Source of the DNA: Actinomycetota bacterium
Lineage (GTDB): Bacteria > Actinomycetota > Acidimicrobiia > Acidimicrobiales > GCA-2861595
Length of the DNA: 64,000 nucleotides
Direction: 5' to 3'
Assembly: GCA_002861595.1 (NCBI GenBank)
Contig: PJQG01000008.1
Span: forward strand, 39,174-103,173
Position numbers and translations under genes: made by a program. Shown piece by piece: positions 1 to 8,242 of the stretch (position 1 is the first letter of the stretch; every line of letters begins with the position of its first letter). The notes beneath the pieces are model-generated. The model saw only the letters and a list, made by a program, of their open reading frames with translations. It made no database searches and was not told where the DNA came from.

Positions 1-284
1 ACGAACCAGACCAGGCGCGCGGGGCCCTTCGTTCGATGATCGTCCGCCTCGGGGACGTGGCGCGTGTGGGGGCGCGTGACCCGGCCGACGCCGTAGCGCC
101 CTTTGTCGAGATACTGCTGCAACAGCGAGCCTCGGCTCGCCAGGGCAAGCGCTACGCCGACGCGGACCTGATCCGGGACCGGCTCGTGGCGCTCGGCGTG
201 GAGGTCAACGACAGCCCGGAGGGGACGACGTGGCGTTTGGTAACGTCGACATCGACCCCCAGCGCGCCGGCCCCCATCGTCTAG
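1..284 (+). CDS. cysS: cysteinyl-tRNA synthetase-like, C-terminal fragment (5' end outside window)
   Basis: The frame is open from base 3. The C-terminal motif RQGKRYADADLIRDRLVALGVEVNDSPEGTTWR resembles CysS C-termini. The TAG stop at 282-284 lies 15 nt inside the tRNA-Glu gene. Confidence 0.55.
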   Translation, partial: EPDQARGALRSMIVRLGDVARVGARDPADAVAPFVEILLQQRASARQGKRYADADLIRDRLVALGVEVNDSPEGTTWRLVTSTSTPSAPAPIV

Positions 285-342
285 CGGCCTAGGACACCAC
301 CCTTTCAAGGTGGCGGCACGGGTTCGAATCCCGTTGGGGGTG
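270..342 (+). tRNA. tRNA-Glu (anticodon UUC)
   Basis: Cloverleaf folded by eye: acceptor GCCCCCA/TGGGGGT, anticodon stem CCACC/GGTGG with loop CTTTCAA, T-arm ACGGG-TTCGAAT-CCCGT, discriminator G. No CCA is encoded. Confidence 0.9.
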
Positions 343-471
343 CTGGTAAGACCGCAGTTCAGACGCGGTTTGCCTCCCCGGCGGCTCTCCCAGCCCGGCC
401 CCTTGCTAATCTCTTGCCAATCCCTTCCCCCCGAAGCGAATTGGCAGAGGGAGTGGCACGTGCAGGGCTTC

Positions 472-1620
472 ATGCGCCAGCGGAGCGGCTCGTGGGAGCT
501 GCGGGTCTAGCTGGGGCGGGACGCCATCTCGGGCAAGAAACGTTGGGCCACGAGGACGGTCCGGGGCGGCAAGCGCGACGCTCAGCGGGCGCTGGCCGCC
601 TTGGTGGCCGACGCCGAGCGGGGCGCGCTGGCCCGAACGGACGCCACCGTGGGCGAGCTGCTCGAGCGCTGGTTCGAACAGGCCCGCGACGACTTCTCCC
701 CCAAGACGGTGCTCGAGACCCGCGGCATCCTCGACCGCCACCTGGTGCCCGCCCTCGGGCAGGTGCCGCTGCACAAGCTGAAGCCCGACGCCCTGGACCG
801 CTACTACCGCTCGCTGCGCTCCGGGGAGGCCAACCGGGGGAGGCCGCTGTCCGCCGCCACCATCCGGCGCATCCACGGCGTCCTGCGCCGAGTGCTGGCC
901 CAGGGCGTGCGCTGGGGATGGCTGGGGGCCAACCCGGCGGCGGCGGCGTCTCCTCCTCGCGTCGTGGCCCGGGACATCACCCCGCCGGCGCCGGCGGAGG
1001 TAGCCCGCCTGTTCGCCCTGGCCCAGGCGGCCGACCCCGAGCTCGCCGCCTTCGTGGTCCTGGCCGCGGCGACGGGGGCACGCCGCAGCGAGGTCGTCGC
1101 TCTGCGCTGGGCCGACCTCGACCTCGACGCCGGCGTGGTGCGCATCGCCCGAGGTATCGTGATGGGCCCGAGCGGGCCGGTCGAGAAGGACACCAAGACC
1201 CACGCCGCCCGCAAGGTCTCGCTCGACGCGACCACGCTGGCGGTGCTGCGCCAGCACCGTGAGCGGGTCGTGAACCGAGCCGAGGTGTGCCGGGTGACGC
1301 TCGCCCCCACGGCGTTCGTGTTCAGCCCGGAAGTCGACGGGTCGCAGCCGTGGCGCCCCGACTCCGCCACGCGCGCCTTCGCCCGCCTCTGCACGAGCGC
1401 AGGGCTCGAAGGCTTGCGCCTGCACGACCTGCGCCACTACGTGGCCACTCGCCTCCTGGCCTCCGGCGTGGGCGTGCCGACGGTGGCCGGCCGCCTCGGG
1501 CATCGCAACGCGGCGACGACGCTCAACGTGTACTCGCACTTCCTGGCGGAGGCCGACCGCGAGGCCGCCAACATCCTGGGGTCGCTGTTCGACGAGGCCG
1601 TCGACGCCGGCGAGCGGTGA
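472..1620 (+). pseudogene. tyrosine recombinase/phage-type integrase with in-frame TAG at 508-510
   Basis: ATG at 472 gives MRQRSGSWELRV, then TAG, then LGRDAISGKKRWATRTVRGGKRDAQRALAAL in the same frame as ORF 601..1620. The C-terminus has HDLRHYVATRLL and GHRNAATTLNVYSH catalytic-region motifs. It lies 130 bp downstream of tRNA-Glu. Confidence 0.85.
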
Positions 1621-1657
1621 GCGGGTCGGAGCGACCAGGCGGGCGATTCCGACCCCA

Positions 1658-1798
1658 GTGGCGCTTCTATCGGACCACCGTGGCACCTTGCCGGTGAAGG
1701 ACTTCCTGTCGGCCCTGGAGGCGGAGGACGCCGACGCCGTGCGTGCCGCGATGCGTGTCGTCGCCGAGACAGGACGCGCCGGCGCACGGCATCTCTGA
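1658..1798 (+). pseudogene. Gp49/HigB-like toxin, N-terminal stub
   Basis: GTG at 1658 gives VALLSDHRGTLPVKDFLSALEAEDADAVRAAMRVVAETGRAGARHL then stop. This resembles the N-terminal half of phage Gp49-type RelE/HigB-family proteins and is truncated after about 46 codons. Confidence 0.4.
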
Positions 1799-2325
1799 CA
1801 GAGCGGTTCTTGTCAAGTCGGTGTCGCCGTAGGCGACTTGAATTCCGGCCGCCAGGCCGGCGGGTTCGGGCGCGCGGCGGCGACCAGCGGGTTGAACCGC
1901 CGGTTGGTGCCGGTGATGAGAACGAGGCCCCGGGGGGTGGGACGGTCGCGACTACCGGTCAGTGTTCGTTGATGGCGCTCCTCGTTTCGACGGGATGTGA
2001 CACGGCGGGACGTTCACCAGGCCCAAACAAGGTTGGGTGGGGCAGGCCGGAGAGCCGGCTGCCGGGCATCTCTTCGCGCCGCAGCAGGCGCATGGTGGGT
2101 TGCGGCCACAGCCAGGCGGGTTCAATCACTTAGCTTAGCTCCCATGGCCCCTGGCGGTGCCGCCCACAGCGGATGAGAATCGCGCCGTGTCGGCCCGGGC
2201 AGACGTCGTGTCTCTATGGCGCTCGGAGCCCGTGTTTAGCTTGACGCGGGGGTCTCGGGCGCTCCGTCCTGTTGCTTCGAGCACGCACCTCAGTTTCTTC
2301 ATGACGAGGCCCCCATCCGGTCCGG

Positions 2326-3849
2326 CGTTCTTGGACGTCCACCGCGACACCGTGATGGCGTGTGCCCGCACACCGGATGGCGCTGGTGGCCGCCGGGAGG
2401 AGGTGAGCGAGTTCCGCACCACGACCTCCCAGCTGTTGTTGTTGTTGTCGGACTGGCTGGTCGAGCGTGGCGTCACCCTGGTGGGCATGGAGGCCACCGG
2501 CGTCTACTGGAAGCCGGTCGTGCGCCACGAGGCGCCGTTTGACCGAGTGAGGATGAAAGGACCTGCAAAGGCGCTATCTCAAACGGTGGTGGCCCGAACA
2601 GGACGGCACGGTGCTGTTCAACCCGCAGGAGGTGGCGATCACTCGCTACCGCTACCGGGGAGCAACAATCCCAACGCCGTGGGCGACGACAACAGGATTG
2701 GCCGTGTAGTGCAGCGGTACGAGGCGATGGAGAGCCGGATGCGGTGAGAGTCGCACGTCCGGTTCGGCGGGCGGGCCAGGGAAACGGACCGGCCGAAAGG
2801 CCGACACCGCGCCCTGGTCCGACCCAACCACTGGGTTCTCGAAGACGCCATCGAGGAGGTGTGGGTGATCAACGCCCGCCACGTGCGCAACGTCCCGGGC
2901 CGAAAGACCGACGTGGCTGACGCGTGCTGGGGCGCACAGCTGCTCGAGCACGGCCTGGTACGCCCCTCATTCATCCCGCCCCGCCCCACCCGAGAGCAGC
3001 GGGACCTGACCCGGTACCGCAAGTCGGTGATCGAGGAGCGAGCCCGGGAGACCCAGCGCCTGCACAAAGGTGCTCGAGGACGCCGGGGTGAAGCTGTCGT
3101 CGGTGGCCTCGTCGGTGCTGACCAAGTCGGGCCGGGAGATGATCGACGCCCTCATCGCCGGCCAGCGCGACCCAACGGTGCTGGCCGAGATGGCCAAGGG
3201 CCGGATGCGCCCCAAGATCCCCGAGCTCAAAGACGCTCTGGCCGGGCGGTTCAACGCCCACCACGGCCTGTTGTGCCGGGCCATGCTGGCCCGCATCGAC
3301 CAGGCTGATGCCACCATCGCCGAGCTGACCGGACGCATCGAGGCCCTCTTGGACCCTCACCAGGCGGCGGTGTCGCTCCTGATCGGGATTCCGGGCGTGA
3401 GCTATCGCATCGCCCAGGTGATCCTGGCTGAGATCGGCACCGACATGTCCCGCTTCCCCACCCCTCAGCACCTGGCGTCGTGGGCAGGCATGTGCCCCGG
3501 CAACAACGAGTCGGCGGGCAAGCACCGCTCGGGGCGCACCCGCCACGGCTCCAAGTGGTTGCGCATCGCCTTGGTTGAAGCCGCCCACGCCGCCGGGCGG
3601 TCCAAGGACACCTACCTCGGCTCCCACTACGCCCGCATCCGGGGACGCCGAGGGCCGGGACGAGCCGCGGTTGCCGTCGGTCACTCCATCTTGGTCATCG
3701 CCTGGCACCTGCTGTCCACGGGCGAGACCTACACCGACTTGGGCGGGGACTACTTCGACAAGCGACGGACCAGCGCTGCCCACCAGAAGCGTCTCGTGGC
3801 CCAGCTCGAAGCCATGGATCACCGCGTCACACTCGAACCCGCAGCCTGA
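2326..3849 (+). pseudogene. IS110-family DEDD transposase with three lesions
   Basis: Relative to copy 3 it has a 62-bp deletion removing the start codon (junction near 2325), a 309-nt insertion at 2520-2828, and one extra A in cacaaagg (3066-3068) that shifts RLHKVLEDAG. The C-terminal 259 aa (3070..3849) contains GIPGVSYRIAQVILAEIG. Confidence 0.9.
2520..2828 (+). mobile_element. group II intron relic (internally deleted, ORF-less)
   Basis: It is an exact insertion relative to the uninterrupted copy 2 (tggaagcccgtc|cactgggttctc). It starts GTGCG and ends AAC. It retains an intron-protein tail RRYLKRWWPEQDGTVLFNPQEVAITRYRYRGATIPTPW (2569-2709) and a 34-nt domain V at 2732-2765 (GAGCCGGATGCGGTGAGAGTCGCACGTCCGGTTC, with AGC triad and GAGA loop). 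A domain VI-like stem has an A 7 nt from the 3' end. Confidence 0.8.
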
Positions 3850-4187
3850 CCAACGCCGAACTTCGGGGCTTCGCCCCGACCTGGGTCGTGTTCCGCCGCG
3901 CCCGTTCGCGGGCCGCAGGAGGTGATTCACACCTCAGTCGACCACGCCACCACGGGGGTCAGGAAAGTCGTGCACGAATTCACCGCCAGCCGGGGCACCC
4001 CATACCGGGTGCGGCGGGCCACTCCACAGGCGCCGACCACATCACCGGGAGGGCCGAGCGCTCAGGGGCCGCCAGGGGCGAGGCCTCGGTCATCTACGGA
4101 TCCTGACCGTCGTCGACCCGCCGGTCCGCACCCGACGGACCCGCGCGCCGCGCGAATAGCCAGAGCCGGGTCCGTACACTCACACCA

Positions 4188-5570
4188 ATGCTCCGGCCCG
4201 GTGCCACGACGGCGGTGTTCATGGTGGCTCTTGCAGCCGGAACCTCGGTGTTGCTCGCCATCGTCGCCACCACAGCCCCAGCGCTGGCCCAGGCCGGCGG
4301 GCCGTCCGGCGGGGCAACGACGACCACGGCGCCCGGCGGTCAGCAAGGAGGAGCCGGCGAGGAACCCGAGTCGGAAGGTGGGGAAGAGGTTCGCGGCCGC
4401 CTGGAGGACCGGGTCGACGGGGAGCTGACTCCTGTGGAAGGCGTGAAGGTGACGGTGGCCACCGCCACCGGGGAGGAGGTCGGCACTGCGGTCAGCGACG
4501 ACGAGGGCGAGTTCCGCCTGGCCCTCCCGGGGCCCGGCCAGTACGTCGCCACCCTCGACGAGTCCACCTTGCCGAAGGGCGTCAGGCTGCGCACGCCCGG
4601 GGCCAACACCAGGACGTTCAGCATCAACGTCGGGCAGAGCCGGCCACTGCTCTTCCCTCTGGGCATACGCGCCCGCCAGACGACCGGGGATTTCGACCGG
4701 GGCCTGCAGCTCCTCGTCGAGGGCGTGAAGTTCGGTCTGCTGATCGCCATGGCTGCGGTCGGGCTGTCATTGATCTACGGCACCACCGGCCTCGTCAACT
4801 TCGCCCACGGGGAGATCGTGACCTTCGGGGCCATGATGGCGTGGATCGCCAACCAGCTGCTGGACGTGCAGCTGATCCCGGCCGCGCTGGCAGCCGTGGT
4901 GGTGACGGCCATAGCCGCAGGTCTGCTCGACGTGGGGGTGTGGCGGCCGCTGCGTCGCCGGGGCACGGGACTGATCGCAGCCATGGTCGTTTCGATCGGT
5001 CTGTCGTTCCTCCTCCGCCACCTCTTCCTGTACCAGTTCGGTGGCCGGACCCGCCCTTACGGCGACTACACGCTGCAGCGTGCCACCCAGTTGGGTCCGG
5101 TGGAGATAGCGCCCAAGGACATCTTCTCCATCGCGCTGTCGCTGATCGTGTTGATCGGGTTCGGCCTGCTGCTGCAACGCACGCGCTGGGGCAAGGCCAC
5201 ACGAGCCGTCGCCGACAACCCCGAGCTGGCGGCCTCCTCGGGCATCGACGTGGACAAGGTCGTGCGACTGGTGTGGACGGTGGGAGGCGGTCTGGCCGCA
5301 CTCGGGGGGGTGCTCCTCGGGGTAGCCGAGCAGGTGGGATTCCAGATGGGCTTCCAGCTCCTCCTCCTGATGTTCGCGGGGATAACCTTGGGTGGCCTAG
5401 GAACCGCGTATGGAGCCCTCCTCGGCTGCTTCGTCGTCGGGATGCTGGTCCAGGTCTCGACGTTATGGATCTCCTCGGAGCTGAAGACGGTCGGTGCCCT
5501 CGTGGTGTTGATCCTCATCCTGCTGGTGCGACCTCAGGGGATCCTCGGACAAGCCGAAAGGGTGGGCTGA
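4188..5570 (+). CDS. livH: branched-chain amino-acid ABC transporter permease (LivH-type) with about 170-aa secreted N-terminal extension
   Basis: The C-terminal 290 aa resemble a LivH permease (GLSLIYGTTGLVNFAHGE, multiple TM segments). The N-terminus has a signal-like peptide ending ALAQA, an acidic/Gly linker and a beta-sandwich-like segment. Confidence 0.85.
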   Translation: MLRPGATTAVFMVALAAGTSVLLAIVATTAPALAQAGGPSGGATTTTAPGGQQGGAGEEPESEGGEEVRGRLEDRVDGELTPVEGVKVTVATATGEEVGTAVSDDEGEFRLALPGPGQYVATLDESTLPKGVRLRTPGANTRTFSINVGQSRPLLFPLGIRARQTTGDFDRGLQLLVEGVKFGLLIAMAAVGLSLIYGTTGLVNFAHGEIVTFGAMMAWIANQLLDVQLIPAALAAVVVTAIAAGLLDVGVWRPLRRRGTGLIAAMVVSIGLSFLLRHLFLYQFGGRTRPYGDYTLQRATQLGPVEIAPKDIFSIALSLIVLIGFGLLLQRTRWGKATRAVADNPELAASSGIDVDKVVRLVWTVGGGLAALGGVLLGVAEQVGFQMGFQLLLLMFAGITLGGLGTAYGALLGCFVVGMLVQVSTLWISSELKTVGALVVLILILLVRPQGILGQAERVG

Positions 5571-5574
5571 GGCC

Positions 5575-6567
5575 ATGGACTGGGGCCTAATCGTCAGCGA
5601 GACGCTGCGGGCCGCGGTCGGCCAGGAAGCCATCGTGTTCGCGCTGGCGGCGATCGGACTCAACCTGCACTTCGGCTACACCGGCTTGTTGAACTTCGGC
5701 CAGGCCGGCTTCCTCGCCATGGGCGCCTACAGCACGGGAATCTGCGTCGAGTACCTGCAATGGTCTCTCTGGGCAGGGGTCGGAGTCGGGATCGTCGCGG
5801 CGATCGTCCTCGCCCTGATCCTCGGGCTCCCCACGCTGCGTCTGCGCGCCGACTACCTCGCCATCGTCACGATCGCCGCCGCCGAGATCATCCGCCTGAT
5901 CGCCAGATCTGTCACCTTCGGCCACATCACCGGTGGTTCGTCGGGTATCAACGGCTACGCCGACGCCTTCTATGAACTGAATCCGCTGGGCGACGGCACA
6001 TACGGGTTCGGGCCGTGGCGTTTCGACGACAACCGGCTGTGGGTGCTCATGGTCGGGTGGGGCCTGGTGGGGCTGTCCAGCCTGGTGGTGCTGCTGCTCG
6101 TCCGCAGCCCGTGGGGCCGGGTCATCAAAGCCATCCGCGAGGACGAGGACGCGGCCCGGAGCCTCGGCAAGAACGTCTACGCGTACAAGGTGCAGAGCCT
6201 TGTGGTGGGTGGGGTGATCGGAGCGTTCGGCGGCATGGTGTTCGCCATCGGCAACCAGTCGGTGCAGGCGGACAACTACGGCACGGCCACCACGTTCCTC
6301 GCACTGACGGCGGTGATCCTCGGCGGCACCGCCCGGGTGCCGGGCCCCGTCGGCGGAGCCATGATCCTGTGGGGGCTGATCTCGTTCACCGAGAACATCC
6401 TTCGACAGGCCAGTGCGGAAGGCCTGCTGCCGACGGCCATCATCAGCGGAACCCAGGTCGGCATCGTCAGGTTCATGCTGGTGGGCCTCGCCCTGATGGC
6501 CCTCCCGATCTTCCGCCCGCAGGGCATATTCGGAAACCGCCGCGAGATCACGTTCGAGACCCGGTGA
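5575..6567 (+). CDS. livM: branched-chain amino-acid ABC transporter permease (LivM-type)
   Basis: 330-aa polytopic protein with GLNLHFGYTGLLNFGQAGFLAMGAY, typical of LivM. It follows livH after a 4-nt gap. Confidence 0.9.
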   Translation: MDWGLIVSETLRAAVGQEAIVFALAAIGLNLHFGYTGLLNFGQAGFLAMGAYSTGICVEYLQWSLWAGVGVGIVAAIVLALILGLPTLRLRADYLAIVTIAAAEIIRLIARSVTFGHITGGSSGINGYADAFYELNPLGDGTYGFGPWRFDDNRLWVLMVGWGLVGLSSLVVLLLVRSPWGRVIKAIREDEDAARSLGKNVYAYKVQSLVVGGVIGAFGGMVFAIGNQSVQADNYGTATTFLALTAVILGGTARVPGPVGGAMILWGLISFTENILRQASAEGLLPTAIISGTQVGIVRFMLVGLALMALPIFRPQGIFGNRREITFETR

Positions 6568-6584
6568 CGACGGCGAGGGAGACG

Positions 6585-7457
6585 ATGAGCTCGGTGCCCC
6601 CGGAGCCGGGATCTGCCAAACCCGACCCGATCCTCGTGGTCGACGACCTGCGCCGCCGGTTCGGCGGCCTGGTGGCCGTCGACGTCGACCACGTCGAGAT
6701 CCAGCGCAGCTCGATCACCGCCCTCATCGGCCCGAATGGCGCGGGCAAGACCACCTTCTTCAACCTGGTGACCGGGTTCGACGAGCCCGATGCCGGGAGG
6801 TGGACCTTCGACGGCCGGCCGATGCAGAGGCTGCCCCCCCACAGGGTTGCCCGGGGCGGCATGGTGCGGACCTTCCAGTTGACCAAGGCCCTGGCCCGGA
6901 TGAGCGTCATGGACAACATGAAGCTGGGCGCCCCGGACCAGCGCGGGGAGAACTTCTTCCGCGCCCTCGTCCCCTCCTTCTGGCGGGCCCAGGAGGCGGA
7001 GGTCGAAGCGCGAGCCGAGTCGTTGCTCGAGAGGTTCCGCCTGACCCGGTTGCGCGACGAGTACGCCGGTGCGCTCTCCGGCGGTCAGCGGAAGCTCCTG
7101 GAGATGGCCAGGGCACTCATGTCCGACCCGACGATGGTCCTGCTCGACGAGCCGATGGCCGGTGTGAACCCGGCCCTCGGCGAAACGCTACTGGCCCACA
7201 TCCAGAGCCTGCGCGACCTGGGCAAGACGGTGCTGTTCGTCGAGCACGACATGGACGCTGTCAACGAGATCAGCGACTGGGTCGTGGTGATGGGCGAAGG
7301 CCGGATCATCGCCGAGGGTCCGCCGGAGGCGATCGGGAACGACCACGTCGTCATCGACGCATACCTCGGCTCGCACCACGACGCACCGGCGACGCTCGAG
7401 GAGGAGCAGCGTCAACTCGACGAGCTGACCGAGGCCACGGCGAGGGAATCGGAATGA
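6585..7457 (+). CDS. livG: ABC transporter ATP-binding protein (LivG-type)
   Basis: ATG at 6585 lies within ORF 6015..7457. It has Walker A GPNGAGKTT, signature LSGGQRK, Walker B LLDEP and the C-terminal VIDAYLG motif. Confidence 0.9.
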   Translation: MSSVPPEPGSAKPDPILVVDDLRRRFGGLVAVDVDHVEIQRSSITALIGPNGAGKTTFFNLVTGFDEPDAGRWTFDGRPMQRLPPHRVARGGMVRTFQLTKALARMSVMDNMKLGAPDQRGENFFRALVPSFWRAQEAEVEARAESLLERFRLTRLRDEYAGALSGGQRKLLEMARALMSDPTMVLLDEPMAGVNPALGETLLAHIQSLRDLGKTVLFVEHDMDAVNEISDWVVVMGEGRIIAEGPPEAIGNDHVVIDAYLGSHHDAPATLEEEQRQLDELTEATARESE

Positions 7458-8212
7458 AATCCTCGGAACCGGAGCCGGTGCCGCAAGGCGGGTTCCTCTT
7501 GGAGGCGTCCGACGTGGTCGCCGGCTACGTGCCCGACGTGAACATCCTCAACGGCTGCAACATCAGTTTGCAGCGAGGCGAGCTGGTCGGGATCATCGGA
7601 CCCAACGGCGCTGGCAAATCGACACTGCTGAAGGCGCTCTTCGGGCTGATCCCTGTCCGCTCCGGCACGATCCGCTTCCGCGGCGAGGACATCGCCGGCC
7701 TTCCCGCCCACCGGCTGGTGTCGCTCGGCATCGGCTACGTGCCGCAGGTGGCCAACGTGTTCCCCCGGCTGACCGTCGAGGAGAACCTCGAGATGGGCCT
7801 GTTCCTGCGGCCCGGGGAGTTCAGCGAGCGCTTCGATGCGGTGGCTCAACTCTTCCCGTTGCTGCGCGAACGGCGCAGGCAGCGCACCGGCCAGCTCTCC
7901 GGCGGGGAGCGTCAGATGGTGGCCATGGGCCGGGCGCTGATGATGGACCCGGCCGTCCTGCTGCTCGATGAGCCGTCCGCCGGCCTCTCCCCGCTGTTCC
8001 AGGACGAGGTGTTCATCCGGTGCCGTCAGATCTACGGAACCGGTGTGTCGATCGTGATGGTCGAGCAGAACGCCCGACGGTGCCTCCAGATCTGCCACCG
8101 TGGCTACGTCCTCGACGAGGGCAAGAATGCCTACACCGGCACCGGCCAGCAGCTGCTGGAGGACCCCAAGGTCATCGAGCTGTACCTCGGGACTCTGGCC
8201 CGCGTCCGCTGA
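7454..8212 (+). CDS. livF: ABC transporter ATP-binding protein (LivF-type)
   Basis: ATG at 7454 overlaps the livG stop (ATGA). It has GPNGAGKST, LSGGERQ and LLDEPS motifs. Confidence 0.9.
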   Translation: MKSSEPEPVPQGGFLLEASDVVAGYVPDVNILNGCNISLQRGELVGIIGPNGAGKSTLLKALFGLIPVRSGTIRFRGEDIAGLPAHRLVSLGIGYVPQVANVFPRLTVEENLEMGLFLRPGEFSERFDAVAQLFPLLRERRRQRTGQLSGGERQMVAMGRALMMDPAVLLLDEPSAGLSPLFQDEVFIRCRQIYGTGVSIVMVEQNARRCLQICHRGYVLDEGKNAYTGTGQQLLEDPKVIELYLGTLARVR

Positions 8213-8242
8213 CCCCCGCGGTCAGGAGTGCAGGACTCTGCC

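Larger units (their letters stand above)
2134..3880 (+). mobile_element. IS110-family insertion sequence, copy 1 (defective)
   Basis: The left end is set by where homology to copy 3 begins (cttagctcccatggcccctggcgg at 2134 matches the reverse complement of 53386). The right end cannot be determined; a CGGGGC-ttc-GCCCCG hairpin lies at 3864-3878 just after the transposase stop. Confidence 0.8.

Noticed and set aside
255-342. The CysS-like ORF ends 15 nt inside tRNA-Glu.
   Set aside because: This is probably just the first available stop after a short non-conserved tail. It cannot be told apart from a normal close CDS/tRNA junction without homologue alignment.
508-510. TAG could be a sense codon (code reassignment or pyrrolysine-type recoding), which would explain both interrupted integrases.
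   Set aside because: TAG terminates dnaK (38142-38144), the liv binding protein (8243-8245) and the methyltransferase (13632-13634) at normal C-termini. No tRNA with a CUA anticodon is present in the window. The idea is kept only as a low-probability readthrough possibility in the findings.
406-1686. Very long ORFs antisense to, or overlapping, recognisable genes. Examples: 406..1686(-), 8228..9904(+), 12783..14189(-), 17830..19677(+), 19674..22127(-), 34621..36111(+), 38619..40025(+), 40114..41883(+), 59573..62827(+).
   Set aside because: These are typical shadow ORFs of a 70% GC genome. Their translations are Arg/Gly/Pro/Ala-rich and low in complexity with no recognisable motifs. In each case the other strand or frame encodes a clearly conserved protein.
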